From Phoronis australis (taxonomy: Eukaryota; Animalia; Phoronida): a stretch of DNA of 64,000 nt. The stretch is from the NCBI GenBank assembly GCA_002633005.1, contig NMRA01000331.1, positions 67,674-131,673 on the forward strand. Direction: 5' to 3'. Under the pieces are notes generated by a model, which searched no databases, was not told where the DNA came from, and saw only the letters and a list, made by a program, of their open reading frames with translations. The position numbers were made by a program, and so were the translations under genes. The number at the start of each line of letters is the position of its first letter. Position 1 is the first letter of the stretch. Shown here one piece after another: positions 1-12,790 of this stretch.

Positions 1-70
1 GTCTTGGTGAAGTATTTGAAAAATGTGCCGAAAAATGTAAAAAACTTAAGGATTCGAAACACATGGGATA

Positions 71-224
71 AATACAAAACGTACCTCTATTGGCGTACAT
101 GAAGTAATATCCCACTCGACCTTATTCCGCGTATCGACCTCGACCTTCGCTCTCGGTCGATACGCGGAATAATGTCTCATGGGATTTTACTTCCTGTACG
201 CAACTTTCGATACGTTTTGTGTAT
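71..224. repeat. Imperfect palindrome / hairpin element (MITE-like)
   Basis: TTATTCCGCGTATCGACC (122-139) is the exact reverse complement of GGTCGATACGCGGAATAA (155-172); arms extend imperfectly to TACAAAACGTA / TACGTTTTGTGTA. Confidence 0.8.
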
Positions 225-463
225 ATATGAATTATGTTCTGAAATCCAACAAAGGAAATCAACGTAAAAAATATGGCGCACTTTCAACATAGACGTCACA
301 CTTCACATCTGACGCAAACAAGTCAAGACATTTTTGAAATTCATCCTGGTACGGGAATTGGGGATAGTTAGGTATATAAAAGATCTTAATCCCAGCCGCA
401 GAGGGTATAAAACCGCGCACCGTACCAGTGACTGCTGGCAACTCATCGGAGACACAACTTTAA

Positions 464-1778
464 AGGCGAAGGAAACCTTTTTTCATGTCACTTTTAGCAA
501 AAATAAGGTTCGTTGATTATCCCAGACACATTTGTCACTTAATTACAGCTTTGAATAATTTCTCGTCCTCTACTCCGGAAGTGACGTTTTGGGAGGCAAC
601 AGTTTCGCGCCAATTTCTTTTCATTATAGTCTGACTGTGAGAGCTGTCAAGTCAGTCATTGTTCTACCTCAGTTGTGATAAGTTCGGTCATCGTTTGCTT
701 TTCTTAACAAGTCAGTCAACATGCCACGCTGTTGCTGCGTGCCGGGATGTTCTCATTATCGTCTCACACGCGCTTTGGGTACCTTACGTCGCTTTCCAAA
801 GGATGACACACTTCGCCGAACTTGGCTAGCTCGTTCATGTAAAGAACGCAGCGCTACCCGTCCACGCAATGTACAAAGCAGTGGAGGCTTACCGAGTGCG
901 TGGCAAGCATTTTCTGCAGTCAGATTATGGCAGAGATGTGAACGCTGAATTTATGAAGGTCCCTGCGAAACAACGTCTGAAGAAGGGTACGATACCGTCG
1001 CTGTTGATTCCCGGCAGTGCCCCGTCGCCAACCCCGAGAAGTGCGTTTTTGAAGCGAGAAGCCTCGCGATCTGTGGCCACTATATACAGTGACTGAAGGC
1101 ACTTCATCTACTTTCACCCGTGCCTCCGAACGCACCCCATTGCGTGCAATTGCGGGAACTAGCAGTGATTCGCCCTGTGTTGTTGTCTCTAGCTCCGGCA
1201 GAGCCTGTAAGCAGCCCTGCAGCGATGGTGAGTAGTGGGAGTGAATACAGACCCAGTTCGACACCCAGTGAAGAGGACAGTTCGTCATCCAATGAACAGA
1301 TCGGTGAGCCGAAGTTTGATAAGTTTATTGTGGACTTTTGTATTGGAGCTATTTGGAAGGTGCCAGGTGTTTGACGAAGGAGTCACACGGCGGGATGTAA
1401 GCAGTTTGGGTGCTCAGATCACCCTCCAGTGGGAGTGTGTCGTGGGACACTCGGGCAAGTGGGACAGTTCTTCCTCTGTGCGTGAGACGATAATGAGTAC
1501 ACCCCAGTACGCAGCAACAGCGTGGCATGTTGACTGACTCGTAAGCAAAAGCAAACGACGACCGAACTTATCACAACCGAGGTAAAACTGCTCTCACAGT
1601 CAGACTATATGAAAAGAAATTGGCGCGAAATTCTTGCCTCCCAAAACGTCACTTCCGGAGTAGATGACGAGTAATTAATTAAATTACGAAAAGCAGTAAA
1701 TAAGTGAAAAATATGTCTGGGATAATCAACGAACCTTATTTTTGCTAAAAATGACATGAAAAAGGGTTGCCTTCGCCT
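464..1778 (+). mobile_element. Kolobok-like DNA transposon, internally deleted, with ~285-bp TIRs and TTAA target duplication
   Basis: TTAA|AGGCGAAGG... at 460-472 and ...CCTTCGCCT|TTAA at 1770-1782; long inverted repeats ~464-746 vs ~1502-1778; contains a THAP/transposase remnant. TTAA TSD, RR...YY ends and THAP are Kolobok hallmarks. Confidence 0.8.
721..1470 (+). pseudogene. Frameshifted THAP-domain transposase N-terminus
   Basis: MPRCCCVPGCS...RFPKDDTLRRTW (721-948) continues in another frame with KHFLQSDY...RLKKGTIPSL (THAP), then KFIVDFC/LELFGRC...LQWECVVGHSGKWDSS, a CxxGH...W-SS zinc-ribbon motif seen in Kolobok-type transposases. Confidence 0.75.
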
Positions 1779-3289
1779 TTAACATCCTTCGCCGCAGAGA
1801 TAACAACTCTTGGGCTGTCTACGGTGAGTCCATTCATTCTTGAATGATGGTTAGGTAAATTAGATCTCGATTCGCAAAAGTATAATAACCACTGGTACAA
1901 ACACGTACGTTGTATAACCTATATTTATAAATAAGTGGGTGAGGAACGCTCGTGAATTACGAGCGAATTTCACAGCGTGTACGAGCGTAACTCGCGAGCG
2001 TAATTTATGACGTCGAAACTCTCACTGGTTACAGAAACCGAGCAAGACTGAGTAAAGGTTTTATAATGAGTGCCCAGAGACATGTTTTTAATATGCGTAA
2101 ACGACTTTCAACCAATATCTTTGCTACATAGCAAAATGTATTTTTATAAAAACCACTTTCCGTTTATAGACACGACGACAATTCACAATTCCACTCAGGC
2201 CATAGGCTAATAATAGTACAATGTACCTGTAGTCGGTAAACCAACCCTATTTAAGGGTTGGAAGTCCGCACGGAGAAAGAGTAGAATCAAGTGCCATACA
2301 CATCACACTCGAATTGCAAGTCAAACATTAACCTGCACGCGTCGAAATTGCTATCGCATGAACCCATTTATCGTATGAAAAATACAGCGAATATAACACT
2401 GCATGGAAAACCAAGTCTTTCGAAAGAACTTCCTCACTCGAAGATTCGACCTTTTACTTTTCGCTGGTAGGACTCTGCCATTTGCTTTTTTAACCTACCG
2501 GTTAACGCATGAACTAAAGCATTGAATGGTGTCATTGGCTGGCATTCAGGTCACTACATGACGTCATTAGGTAAAAAACTAAGAGAAGAGGGCGAAATAT
2601 AAGCGGTAAGACCGTTTGCATTTTTCTAAACGTGTCAAGGGAATTTCATTTGGTTAGTATTTACTAAAACACACTGAACAAGAAATTTCCTCTCATTCTT
2701 TAGGTTTATATCCATTTCACCAAGGGGTGAAAAGCCCCGAGGTGGACCTTCAGCTCTGTAAGAGCTAAGTATTGTGTACATTAATTATCCATTATTTACA
2801 TGTGAAAACTGGTGGAAATAATCACACTATTTTTTCAAGCAAATTTCTACCAGGAACAATTTTAGCATTGTGAGAAAAATTTGCTGGGATTCTGTGTTCT
2901 ATCAAATTTCGCAGGACTTATTTAGGGAAAACTGAAATATTCATGAGCAGAGTTTTACTCAATTAAATTCTAAGCCAGACTGCTATGAACCAGTGGTACT
3001 ATTGTATGCACTGGCACTTATTGATTCAATGACAGACTGTTGTCATCTGTCTCACAGATGTCTGACAAAGCCTGTCGATCAGCTCTACAGAACTTGCTAG
3101 TGCTCTTGATTGCCTGGGGCACAACAGATTATTGTGAAAAAATTCTTGTAAAAAACAGCTCCGAAATTTCACTAATTTTGAAATACATGGGAAAGCTTCC
3201 CTGGCGCTCGGCCATCCACTTTCGTCCCTTCGTGTTCGTCAATCATGAGCGTAATGTACGACAGTACAGAAGAAGTGTACCACGACTTT

Positions 3290-4110
3290 TTCAGTGCAAA
3301 GTTACCACAGGGGCACCTTGAGTCAGGTCTCTAGGTCTTCAGTTCGGTATATTAAAAAGCATAAAATGATTTCAGTTGATCTCTGCAACGGGCCCACATG
3401 AGCGGCCTGCGTACGTCTGGTATAACGTGTAAATGAAAAATGAAAATACGTTGAGGACCTTTGAAGATACAGAGGTAAACATAAAAAACCTAAAATTGCC
3501 ACTAGGTGGCACAACGGTAGTCAGGTCGACCCGAAATTCGTCGTCGTCCGTTGTCAACATCATATAAACACATTTACTAAATTTAGTAAAGATCCTGCAA
3601 ACGGTTTAAGAGATACAGCCCTGATAGCAAGCGCCACTGAAGTCCAAGACGTCGGAAAATCATCATGAGCCGTCCTCCTCATAGTAAGAACATACGTGCC
3701 AATTTTCACAATAAGCCTTAGAGCGGTTTGGTTCATAGAGGGGTGGACGCCAAAAAAACAGACTCGAAAACAGTAAAAATGGCCACTAGGTGTCGAATCC
3801 ATCCGAAAATGGGAGGATAGTGTTATCTCACTAGTAGATGCCTATATGTCAAATTTCATGAAAATCCGTTGAGGACCTTTGAAGATACAGAGGTAAACGT
3901 AAAAAAAAAATAAAATTGCCACTAGGGGACACACCGGTAGTCGTATCAGTCCGAAAGTTCGCTCATGCCGTCCCATCCATAAAAGGAACACGAGCAAAAT
4001 TTCATGAACATACGTCAAAGCGTTTTGGAGATAGACCAGAGGACGCCGGACGGACGACGGACGTCGGAGGGACGGGGACGACGGCATATAAATATGTGGG
4101 CGCATAAAAA
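3290..4110. mobile_element. Helentron/DINE-like non-autonomous repeat built of ~140-bp subunits (copy 1)
   Basis: Internal duplication (GAGGACCTTTGAAGATACAGAGGTAAAC at ~3453 and ~3871), GACGGACG microsatellite and GGGCGCATAAAAA end; clear homology to 42190-42975 and similar end at ~34730. Family assignment is inferred from architecture. Confidence 0.55.
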
Positions 4111-5280
4111 TCTAGTTAGTATCACAATAATTAGGTATCATCGTAGCTGATAAAAGCATTCGGCATTCGAAGAAATGAACGCGACTGGGCTTCGACAGTC
4201 CGGGCGGGTAAAAACTTCGGTTAGATTTACAGTTCCAGACACATATTACTTGAGACTAAAGTGGTTACAAAATTAAATCTTGATTCAATAAAAGGCTGTA
4301 ATGATCACTCCCGAAATCAGGACTGCCTGCAGAGTGAGTAGGCTCGGACTCGGCTCCACAGGCCGAAGACGCCGGTGCGGGAGGGTTGAGTTCGCAGGGC
4401 CTTAATTAAACACACAATCTGCCGACACGGTAGAGCCTCACTCATTACCTGTATCATCTTTGGCCTGAGTGTCGTTTTCGCCTCCATCTCCATGCCTGTT
4501 TTCATAATAATCGTCAAGCTCGCTCTCTAAGTATTAGTAACATACCAAATCACTACTATCCGTTATTGCATTATGTGTTGCCAACTGATCAACGTCTGCC
4601 ACTGATGACATCACGTGGAAGGAAACCAATTGTTTTTCTTTTACATTCCATATTCCTCAATTATTTTCCAAAATAAGTGCTTGTTTAGCTAGATTTTGTG
4701 TTATTAAATTATTAAACAAGGTCTAAAACCTCAAAAAGTGTAAACATCCATTGTAGAAAGGCTTTAAATCACTTTGCAATAAGTCAGGTAGTATACCACA
4801 TTAATTGTAATGATTGTAAACAATTTTACACTGGCATGACTACTAAAATTGTGAGTTATAGAGTAAAATAACATTCTGTCCTAAATCATTCATTAGAGGC
4901 TGGTTATAATATTGCTTGTGCTGGTGTCTAAAGGAGGCCCCTCACATGCTGAGCGTTACCTAAACATGAACATTGGGAGTTACAGTCTCAAGCTGTAGTG
5001 ATTGGTGCGGTCCTGTTCCCATCATATTTCTCCCACTATGTACAGCCAAGGTCGCGATACTGTCCGATTTTGTCAGGATAGGATGGAATACCGTATTGTT
5101 CACTGAGTCATCGGATCCACTGGTCGAACACAGAAATCCGATTAGACTAAGCAGTGGGCAACCCGCCCATAAACTCATGAGTGTACATGTATATAAATAT
5201 GTAAATCGTGAACAGGCGCATACATTTTAAGTCTGGTCTGCCAGCCACATCACGACCTAACGAAAGTCTGAAAAGATCTC

Positions 5281-5354
5281 TGCCCCGACCGGGACTCGAA
5301 CCCCGAACCTGCTGCTAACCGTGCAGATACTCTAGTCCACTGAGCCATCAGGAC
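5281..5354 (-). mobile_element. tRNA-derived SINE head / tRNA pseudogene
   Basis: Minus strand GTCCTGATGGCTCAGTGGACTAGAG...GGTTCGAGTCCCGGTCGGGGCA: A box, B box and acceptor-stem pairing, but a non-canonical anticodon arm. Confidence 0.7.
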
Positions 5355-6095
5355 AATTGATCGAATACAGAAACCCAATCAGACTTAGCAGTGGGCTTCC
5401 CTCCCATAAACTCATCGTGAGTCTATATGATATGACGTATCAAGCTGATGATAAATGGGCATCATTCATAGCATCATTCATGGAAAACCACTTATAATCA
5501 TTTATCATTTCCTGGTGATATGACATCAAGATTGATGAAAAACCTTGCATGGAAATTTATATTCACAGTTAATAAGAATTCGTATCAACCTTTTATATAG
5601 CACCATGCCATTCACATGAATTCAAAGACATGATTGATACGGATTCATAATGCGAACCTTTTATGGTAAATTATGGCCAGTCAAAAGTGCCTGTGTATCT
5701 GTTACAGTATTCTCAAGCTTTCCGATCAGAAGGCTGATTCCCTGTCACACGTAAGTCACATGAGAACGCACGTCAGACATCTATCTGATTTATATTCTTA
5801 TCAACCTATATCTGCCTTTTTGCCGTGTGAGGCTAATTCATAGTTCGGTGATCGGAAGAGATTCAGCAGAATAATAGAATTTAGTAAATAAATCTTATCC
5901 TAATTACTTGTAAGACGGTTGACGAACTATCTTCCTTCAGTGACATTAAAATACATGTAAGACCAAGCAAGTTTGAATACACCTAAACTGACGCCCGTGA
6001 GTGAGCTTCACTCCGGACACACAATAATCTTGGAAATCTCGCTTTGTTGAAGAATAGCTTCTCTTTACAAGATGAAAGCGCTCCGAGGAGCGAAA

Positions 6096-6411
6096 CTTGG
6101 CGAAATTAACCAAAAAGATGACGATAAAGATGATGACGAAGATGACGAATATGACGACGACGGTGGCGAGGATGAACAAAAGAAGTAATAATAATATACA
6201 CATGACGAATGTAGAAGTCCGAAATCAGTAAGAAAAAGGCTACAGTCTTGAGCGACACTTGGCGAAATTAACGGAAAAGACAACGACGGAGATGATGACG
6301 AAGATGATGACGATGATGACGAATATGATGATGGTGGTGGCGATGATGAACAACATCACAACATTCATATGACGAATGATATCACAAATCAATAAGAAAT
6401 AGGCTACAGTC
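6096..6411. repeat. Tandem duplication (~160 bp x2) with (GAT/GAC)n microsatellite core
   Basis: ACTTGGCGAAATTAAC...GATGATGACGAAGATGA...AGGCTACAGTCT occurs at ~6096-6248 and ~6257-6411. Confidence 0.8.
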
Positions 6412-7012
6412 TAGTTCAATAGAAGATAAACCAACATCAATGCAGCAAGAGCGCTCAACAAAGGAACAGCGTTATCAGAAAATCTCAAATAACTCGAAAA
6501 GTAAAGGAAAACATTTTCTGAAAGCCCGTTCAAAATTCTATCTAGACTAGTGGTATCGCCTAATTCTGTAAATTTTTCGAAAAAAAATGAAATTTTACGT
6601 TTTTTTAAGAATGCAAAGTCAAATAACTCGAAAACGGTAAGTCTGAGAAAAAATTGCCATTTGAAAGAATATGCTTCAAAGAATCCACATGCAAAAATTC
6701 ACGTCATTTTCTTCTCCCGTTTAAATGGCACCTAAGTACGACTGAAAATGGATCAACATGCGCAAGATCCGCCATCTTGAAAGCAACTTCCGGTTTTTTT
6801 GGGCTGATATAATAACATGTCATAAAAAACTGATATCCGTAAAACTTCGAAGGAATTGGCCTTATAATGCGCTCTCAACAGGAGAAAATGTTATTAGGCC
6901 AAAATCGAGGTGCGCATGCGCGATCACCGATATTTCCGCCATCTTTGAACGAAAGTAAACAATTTCCGGTATACATGTAGTGCACATCACAACGGGGCTG
7001 GCAGCTACTAAT

Positions 7013-8174
7013 AGGCCTTTTGCGAGTTTATAACAATAACGCGAGATTATGTGAGACTTCACGGGAAGTGGGGCAAAAGCTTGTCGTTTGGTCATTTGCC
7101 CAATACGGTAGCAGAGTGTATTCTGTTATTGTCTTCGAGTTTTTAGCCGTTTAGTTCGAAAAATGCCCAAAAGCATTGCTGTTATGGCAAATGAACTTCA
7201 GATTCGCATTACAATACGTTCTATCGCGTGCTGTACTAATTTCGTCCCGTGTATTTTAAACGGGCGGTAGGCGAAATCCGCTCACTGGTAAAGTTTTCAC
7301 CTCGTCGAAAATACATTCTACACCTAAAATTAGCACCTAAAAGGCTCTTACTTTATTCACTGACTCTTTCTGCTTCTAAACATATCTTCGATGAAGCATA
7401 TATACGGGAATTCAGGTGACTTAGGCGAAGAATTCCAACTCCACTTTGTGGTTACTGTTAACTTTGTCCGCGCGCGCGATTACCACAATCAAGTATTTCA
7501 ACTGAGTCAGGTGAGTATGAGGCAAAGGCTAGCGCGAGACTGAGCGAAGCGCGAGATCTGGCGCGTGACCTGGCGCGTGACAATTGCAAAATAGCATGAG
7601 AAAATATCAAGTGAAATTTGTAAGATTTGTATCCCTTGGACTTTTTGTTCGTCAACAGGCGTGATTTCACGTAACTTCCTCAAAATGGCGGCTCTTTAGT
7701 GAGAGAAACTCGAGAGAACCGCGAGGTTTTCATGAATATGCTCAAGTTATTTGTAGACTAAATCGTATCCAGAGTCAGGGTATGTGTTAATTATAACTTC
7801 ATGTGCACATATGCATGTTTCATTTGATTTTATTTGCTGTATTTTGAAGTGAATATCTTTTCATGGGGATACACTATCGCCCCTGTATGCCTGCGCCATT
7901 CAGGCCTAGAGCGAGTTAAGTTCCAATTTCAGTCCGGTCACAGCTTCGCACAACATAACAAGGTCACATTTTCTTCGTGTATTCACAGTTATTCCACGAC
8001 CCATCTACCATATCTTAAGTTGTTTTAATGTTTTAAGCGTAAAATTCACCATAAGAACTCCAGTAAGTTTTAGCGTGTGTAGCAAAGACTCGGGGCAAAA
8101 CAAGAGCAATATGGCGGGTTTTGCCCCCTTTCCGGTGACGTCACAGTGACTAGCGAGAAACTCGCAAGTGAGCT
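7013..8174 (+). mobile_element. ISL2EU/Harbinger-related THAP element remnant, interrupted by a nested repeat
   Basis: Imperfect TIRs AT|AGGCCTTTTGCGAGTTT...GGGGCAAAA vs TTTTGCCCC...AAACTCGCAAGTGAGCT|AT; degenerate THAP start at 7163 (MPK-HCCYGK*TSDSHY). Confidence 0.45.
7212..7919. mobile_element. Dispersed ~700-bp repeat (copy 1), TTAA-ended DNA-transposon derivative
   Basis: Colinear similarity with 30853-31520 (e.g. GCGTGATTTCACGTAACTTCCTCAAAATGGC in both; parallel spurious ORFs MKSRLLTNKKSK / MKSRMLTNKKSK); ends in GAGCGAG|TTAA. Confidence 0.75.
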
Positions 8175-8972
8175 ATTGCAAGAACCTTTCTGCGTAAGTG
8201 ATGTGCATCTCGAACTGCTTTCCTACTCCACAATATAGAAGTGTCGACCAAAGACTAAGATTGTGGTGTCGAGGATAAAGGACTCTCATGCTTGCCGTTC
8301 CGCAATTTGAGTATGTGAAAGATGACACCCAAACTTAGGTAATGTCAAGGCTTCATACGCCAGAACTCAATGCACGATAATAGCAAACCGTTGTCTAGAC
8401 ACTAATAGACATCTGTGATACCTCATTTTTCATCAGAATTGTACTTTACTGGAACCACGTAGAAAACATTGATATCTGAAACAACCAACCAGTTTAAAAC
8501 AAAAAGAGCTCGCCACGAGCCTTGACCACCAGTCGCATTGTTCCTCCTTAGTACATGTACGTTGACGATTTAGAAAACTCGGCACGTTTGTAGCTCAAAA
8601 CCATAGCCCAGCAGTGACGCTTTCAAGTTTTGATATGGGATTTCGTACTGCGTGGACATTATATTTCGTTTTTGACCACAACTGAACAAAAGCTATTTTA
8701 ACTAATTAGTCGACATCTAATTTTTCACTCTAACAGCAGTCACTTATCAGTCTACATTGATAGTGTATAGCCTCTTCCTGGTCTCCAGCGTGCAGCCGGC
8801 TTCGTAAACTAACCACCTTGATACAACTGTAGGTGTAGTTATTTTTGTATTGATACAAGTTGTAGAGAATTCATAACATTGGTCATTTATCTTGTTATTA
8901 TTCTGTAGATAATGAGGCATTTCGGCTCAGGAAAGACTGTGGAGGAGTAATCTGTTCTCGGGGGTACTTGAC

Positions 8973-9569
8973 TATCTCGCTGGTTCCCTGCGTGCCGCTT
9001 GGTAGCCAGCACGCATGTAGCAGGCAGTAGCACGCGCTTTATCATTGGTTGATGTAACCTCAGCAGTCATTGGTTAGCCTTACAACAAAGTAAGAAAACG
9101 TCGGTCTATGAACGATTTAGCCTTGACATGCAAGTGGCGTTGCAGCAACTATTTCGTTTCTGCAGTATGCCTAATGTTAAATAGCCGCGTGCTTGAAGCA
9201 CACACATGTACAATGAACACGCCGTCATGTGGCCGATATAATTAGTGTGTTATTCACACTGTATGAATACAGGACAGCAACGTAAACAAAAATCAGTGTC
9301 TATATAGAAAGACGCACTCCGAAAAGGAGCAACCGCAATTTTCTGGGATTTATTTCTTGAACATGAATTTTAAGCACCGATTTGTCTGTACATCGGACCA
9401 CATTTACACTTCCTCCATCAGTCATGCCAGTTTGTTTGCGTGAAGCGCTGCCTGTTGAGAATTCGGCCAGCCAATCAGAAACGCCGGTGTAAAAAACTTC
9501 CCGGGGAAAATTAAGTGATACCTGCGTGCTGGCTACCACCTAGCGACACGCAGGGAACCAGCGAGACTA
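8973..9569. mobile_element. MITE with ~40-bp TIRs (Academ-like TAG...CTA ends), copy 1
   Basis: TCTCGCTGGTTCCCTGCGTG at 8975 and CACGCAGGGAACCAGCGAGACTA at ~9547-9569; second copy at 47812-48194. Superfamily tentative. Confidence 0.75.
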
Positions 9570-11559
9570 GGTGTGCTGCTGGGAAATCAGGCCAACCACC
9601 CTTTTAAAAAGCTGATAAGAAGAAACCTTACCCTTCTGGAGGGTAAGCAGGATTAAAAGGGACCAGTGTTGGGAGTTCCTTCGAAAGACGCCCTTCGGCA
9701 GAGAATTTTTGCCCATTTCTTTTTGTAGTGGTTTTAAACCACACACAACAGCAACGCGAAACAAAGATATGACCACACTCTGCACAGAATATGCAATTGG
9801 TTTGTAGTTTCATGTAGGGTGTCATTTCCAAAATGGAACAGTGACTAGGGTACGTTGCTGCAGTCAAACACAAACGAAAATCGACATCGACGGGCACGAT
9901 GCCGTAACATATCTTTGTGGAAACGTTTCACTGAAATCCTTCAATCGATTTTCAAGATGTCATCAGGAAACGCTCTTTTTCCCAAAAATACTACAAAGTC
10001 CCTTGTCAATGTCAAAATGGCCACTAAGGGGTGCTGGAAAAGTCAAATTCGCCTCCAAATCGTCTCGTTTCAAAGCATTGCCATCGCATATCCCTGGCCA
10101 AACAATCATTGAAATCAGAAACTTTCTTCCCAAAAATACTGAAAAGCCTCAACCCCGGTCCTGAGGGAGGGAGAGGTTGAAAAGATGCGAGTAACGCCTT
10201 GGTGATGCCCTACGCACTTTCGCCAAATTACATCAAAATACGTTCAAGCGATTTTAAGATATCGACAGGCAAATGGACGACATAACAAAATGGCGAATAG
10301 GGTATGCTGCAGTGGTCAAATCCGCACGAAAATCAACTGGTGCCGACGCATTGTAAATTTTTAAGTCTGACAGTGTCGAAATTCCCCAAATATCGACTGG
10401 TGCCCGCGCAATGCCGGCACACACCACTGTCTTAAGTTTTAAGGTTGTCAGAATGATTTGGAAACGCTCTTCCCCCAAAAACGAACGACTGAAAAAGCTC
10501 ATTGTAGAGAGCAAAACAGCCACTACGGGATACTGCTGTGGTCGAATGGGCCCGAAAATTGACAGGTACCGGTACATTAGCGTCAAATACCTCGGTGTCA
10601 AGTTTCATCGAAATTTGCCAATCGGTTCACTAGATAACACCCTGGTTACCCAAAACACACTGGGAAGTCATTCTGCCCCAGGGGCACGGGAGAAGCAGAT
10701 TGAAAAGAGGCATGCACACTGGTGCCAAAGCCATCAAAGTACAATCGATTGGGGTCTTCGAGATATCAAGCGGACTCCTGGACACGAGGACAAGATGACG
10801 ACAACAATCAGCAATAAAATGTAGAATCTTCTTTAGCATACGGATACAAAATGCACCCGTCTGTAAGTCATTCAACCCGAATACGAACACCTTTGCGGGA
10901 AGTTGATTGAAAAAGGTGCTCTTTCGTCGCAGGAAAAGCGGTTGCAAACAGATACGATCATGACGGCACATACCGCAGAAATTTTTGTGGGAGTGCACTC
11001 CTACAGGCCAAGAATCTGTTGTATGCAATTTGAGAATTTTAACCTCTTGGATGGGACGCCAGTCCAGTGAGTCCACTTGCGTGGCATCGACTGGCTTAGT
11101 TATACATGTACATACGACATGAAAAACTGTGAACACAGAAATTAAGTATTTTTAATCAACATTTTAGGCTTTGCCGTTGGATCATGAAACTTACAAGAAA
11201 TAAGAAATAAATGATACCTTAAACATATATACACATACATGTACATGTATTGCCTTGTTGATTTTTTCTCGTAAACTATAACTTTTCAAGTCGTTATGGT
11301 TACGTGGAACCCCAGAAAAAGTCCTAATTTTGATAATAGAGGAACTACATATCTCAGAAACTGCAAATCTGATTCATATGGAACTTTCAGACATTGCACT
11401 GTTCTTCATTTCAAATGCTATTAAGAATACACATATTTAATAACAGATATATCTGGATTAGTTAGCAGGCGTATACAGGATTCTTGAGTTGGGTGCTTCC
11501 ATTCAACTTCTTTCATAAAACGGCCTAAGTTCATAATATCCCTTACAAATCAACAGGAA

Positions 11560-12790
11560 GTGGCATTCATCCTCTACAAGACCATCATTGCAAATCAAAC
11601 ATAATCTATTATAATATTCCACTCTCTCGTGTCTTTTATCCACTTCCACTTATAGTCTGTGGTTGGAGCAACGTAACCGAGTAAACGCTTGAAGAAGACT
11701 AAGTAGCGGTAAATTAAGATATGGTGCAAAACAGTACAGAGTATTAAAGTTACAGTACTATTTAAGTTTTGCATTATGCTCAATTTCTGATCGCCAACCT
11801 TGCTCATAGCAGACATTAACTCTTTGCGCGAAGATACTTAAAAACGAGACTTCGCACGAGACACCTTGATTCAACCTAATTTCATAAAAACCGTATTTTG
11901 ATAGCAATTGTCCAAGAGAAGATACCCAGGTATTTCTCCCATTCCGAACTAAATCAGCTAACATGTAATAAGCCACTTTAGCGTATAAGGTGGCATTTTC
12001 AACAACTTTAGCCAATATTTTACACATGTGACATAATACTTTGCATAGAACGGATTAATTCCACATTCGTCCAATGCAACTGCGTTTGAGCAAGAGTTTC
12101 CAACTCAAAGAGTAATTTTACAGAATTTAATATACCGGTATACATTTTCAAGCCATTCTTTTTCTTTGAATCCCAGATTTCCGCACCGTAGCACATAGTT
12201 GACACAGCAATTTTATCAAACAGTTCAAGTGGTAGTAGACCCAATAGTTATTCCTTGCACGGGTTTCTAATTTTTCAGGTAGACATAACAGCTTCACTAC
12301 CTTGACGTGCCAGAGTTTTAGTCGCTTTGGACCAAACTAATCTCGGTGTAAAAATATTCCAAGATGTTTATATTGGGAGATAACTTCCACTAATGGATTT
12401 CCATAATACCACTTACACATGTGCTCTGAGTGGCCCGTCATTTCTAAAGACAATGATCTTAGTTTTTTTTCAGATTTACACTCATGCCCCAAGAAGAGCA
12501 AAAATCATGAAGGCAGTTTAACATTCTTTCCAAATTAATTTGAGTGCTCGAACACAGAACCATGTCATCAGCATACAACAGCGATTTGACATCCGGCGCA
12601 TCTCCATTGATACAAATAATCCTTCTAATGTTATGGGCATTATCTGGGACTTCGATAAATTCGTTCAGATACATGATAAACAATAGTGGGCTGATCATAC
12701 ACCCTTGTCTGGTGCCGACAGAACAGTCAAAAAGTCGGTTAACCGTCCTCGAGTCCTTACAAATTAAGTCCATAGGTATAGTTTACGATG
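11560..12790 (-). mobile_element. Degenerate non-LTR retrotransposon (LINE; RTE-X/L2-like) reverse transcriptase and C-terminal region
   Basis: ORF 12459-12773: GTRQGCMISPLLF...LLYADDMVL...WGMSVNLKK (RT motifs); downstream fragments LFDK...YGAEIW and WVSSLGQLLSKYGF; multiple frameshifts. Confidence 0.9.

Noticed and set aside
5281-5354. Functional tRNA genes (also 29221, 30168, 46072, 51316)
   Set aside because: Anticodon arms non-canonical or heads truncated; better explained as SINE heads or pseudogenes.
6096-6411. Asp-rich protein exon
   Set aside because: Trinucleotide microsatellite with stops nearby and no splice context; similar runs at ~28270 and ~32960.
10630-11136. 168-aa minus ORF, and a CARD-like phrase (LIEKGALSSQEK) on the plus strand
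   Set aside because: Non-ATG start, partly overlaps a repeat, no coherent motif; the CARD resemblance is too short to support.
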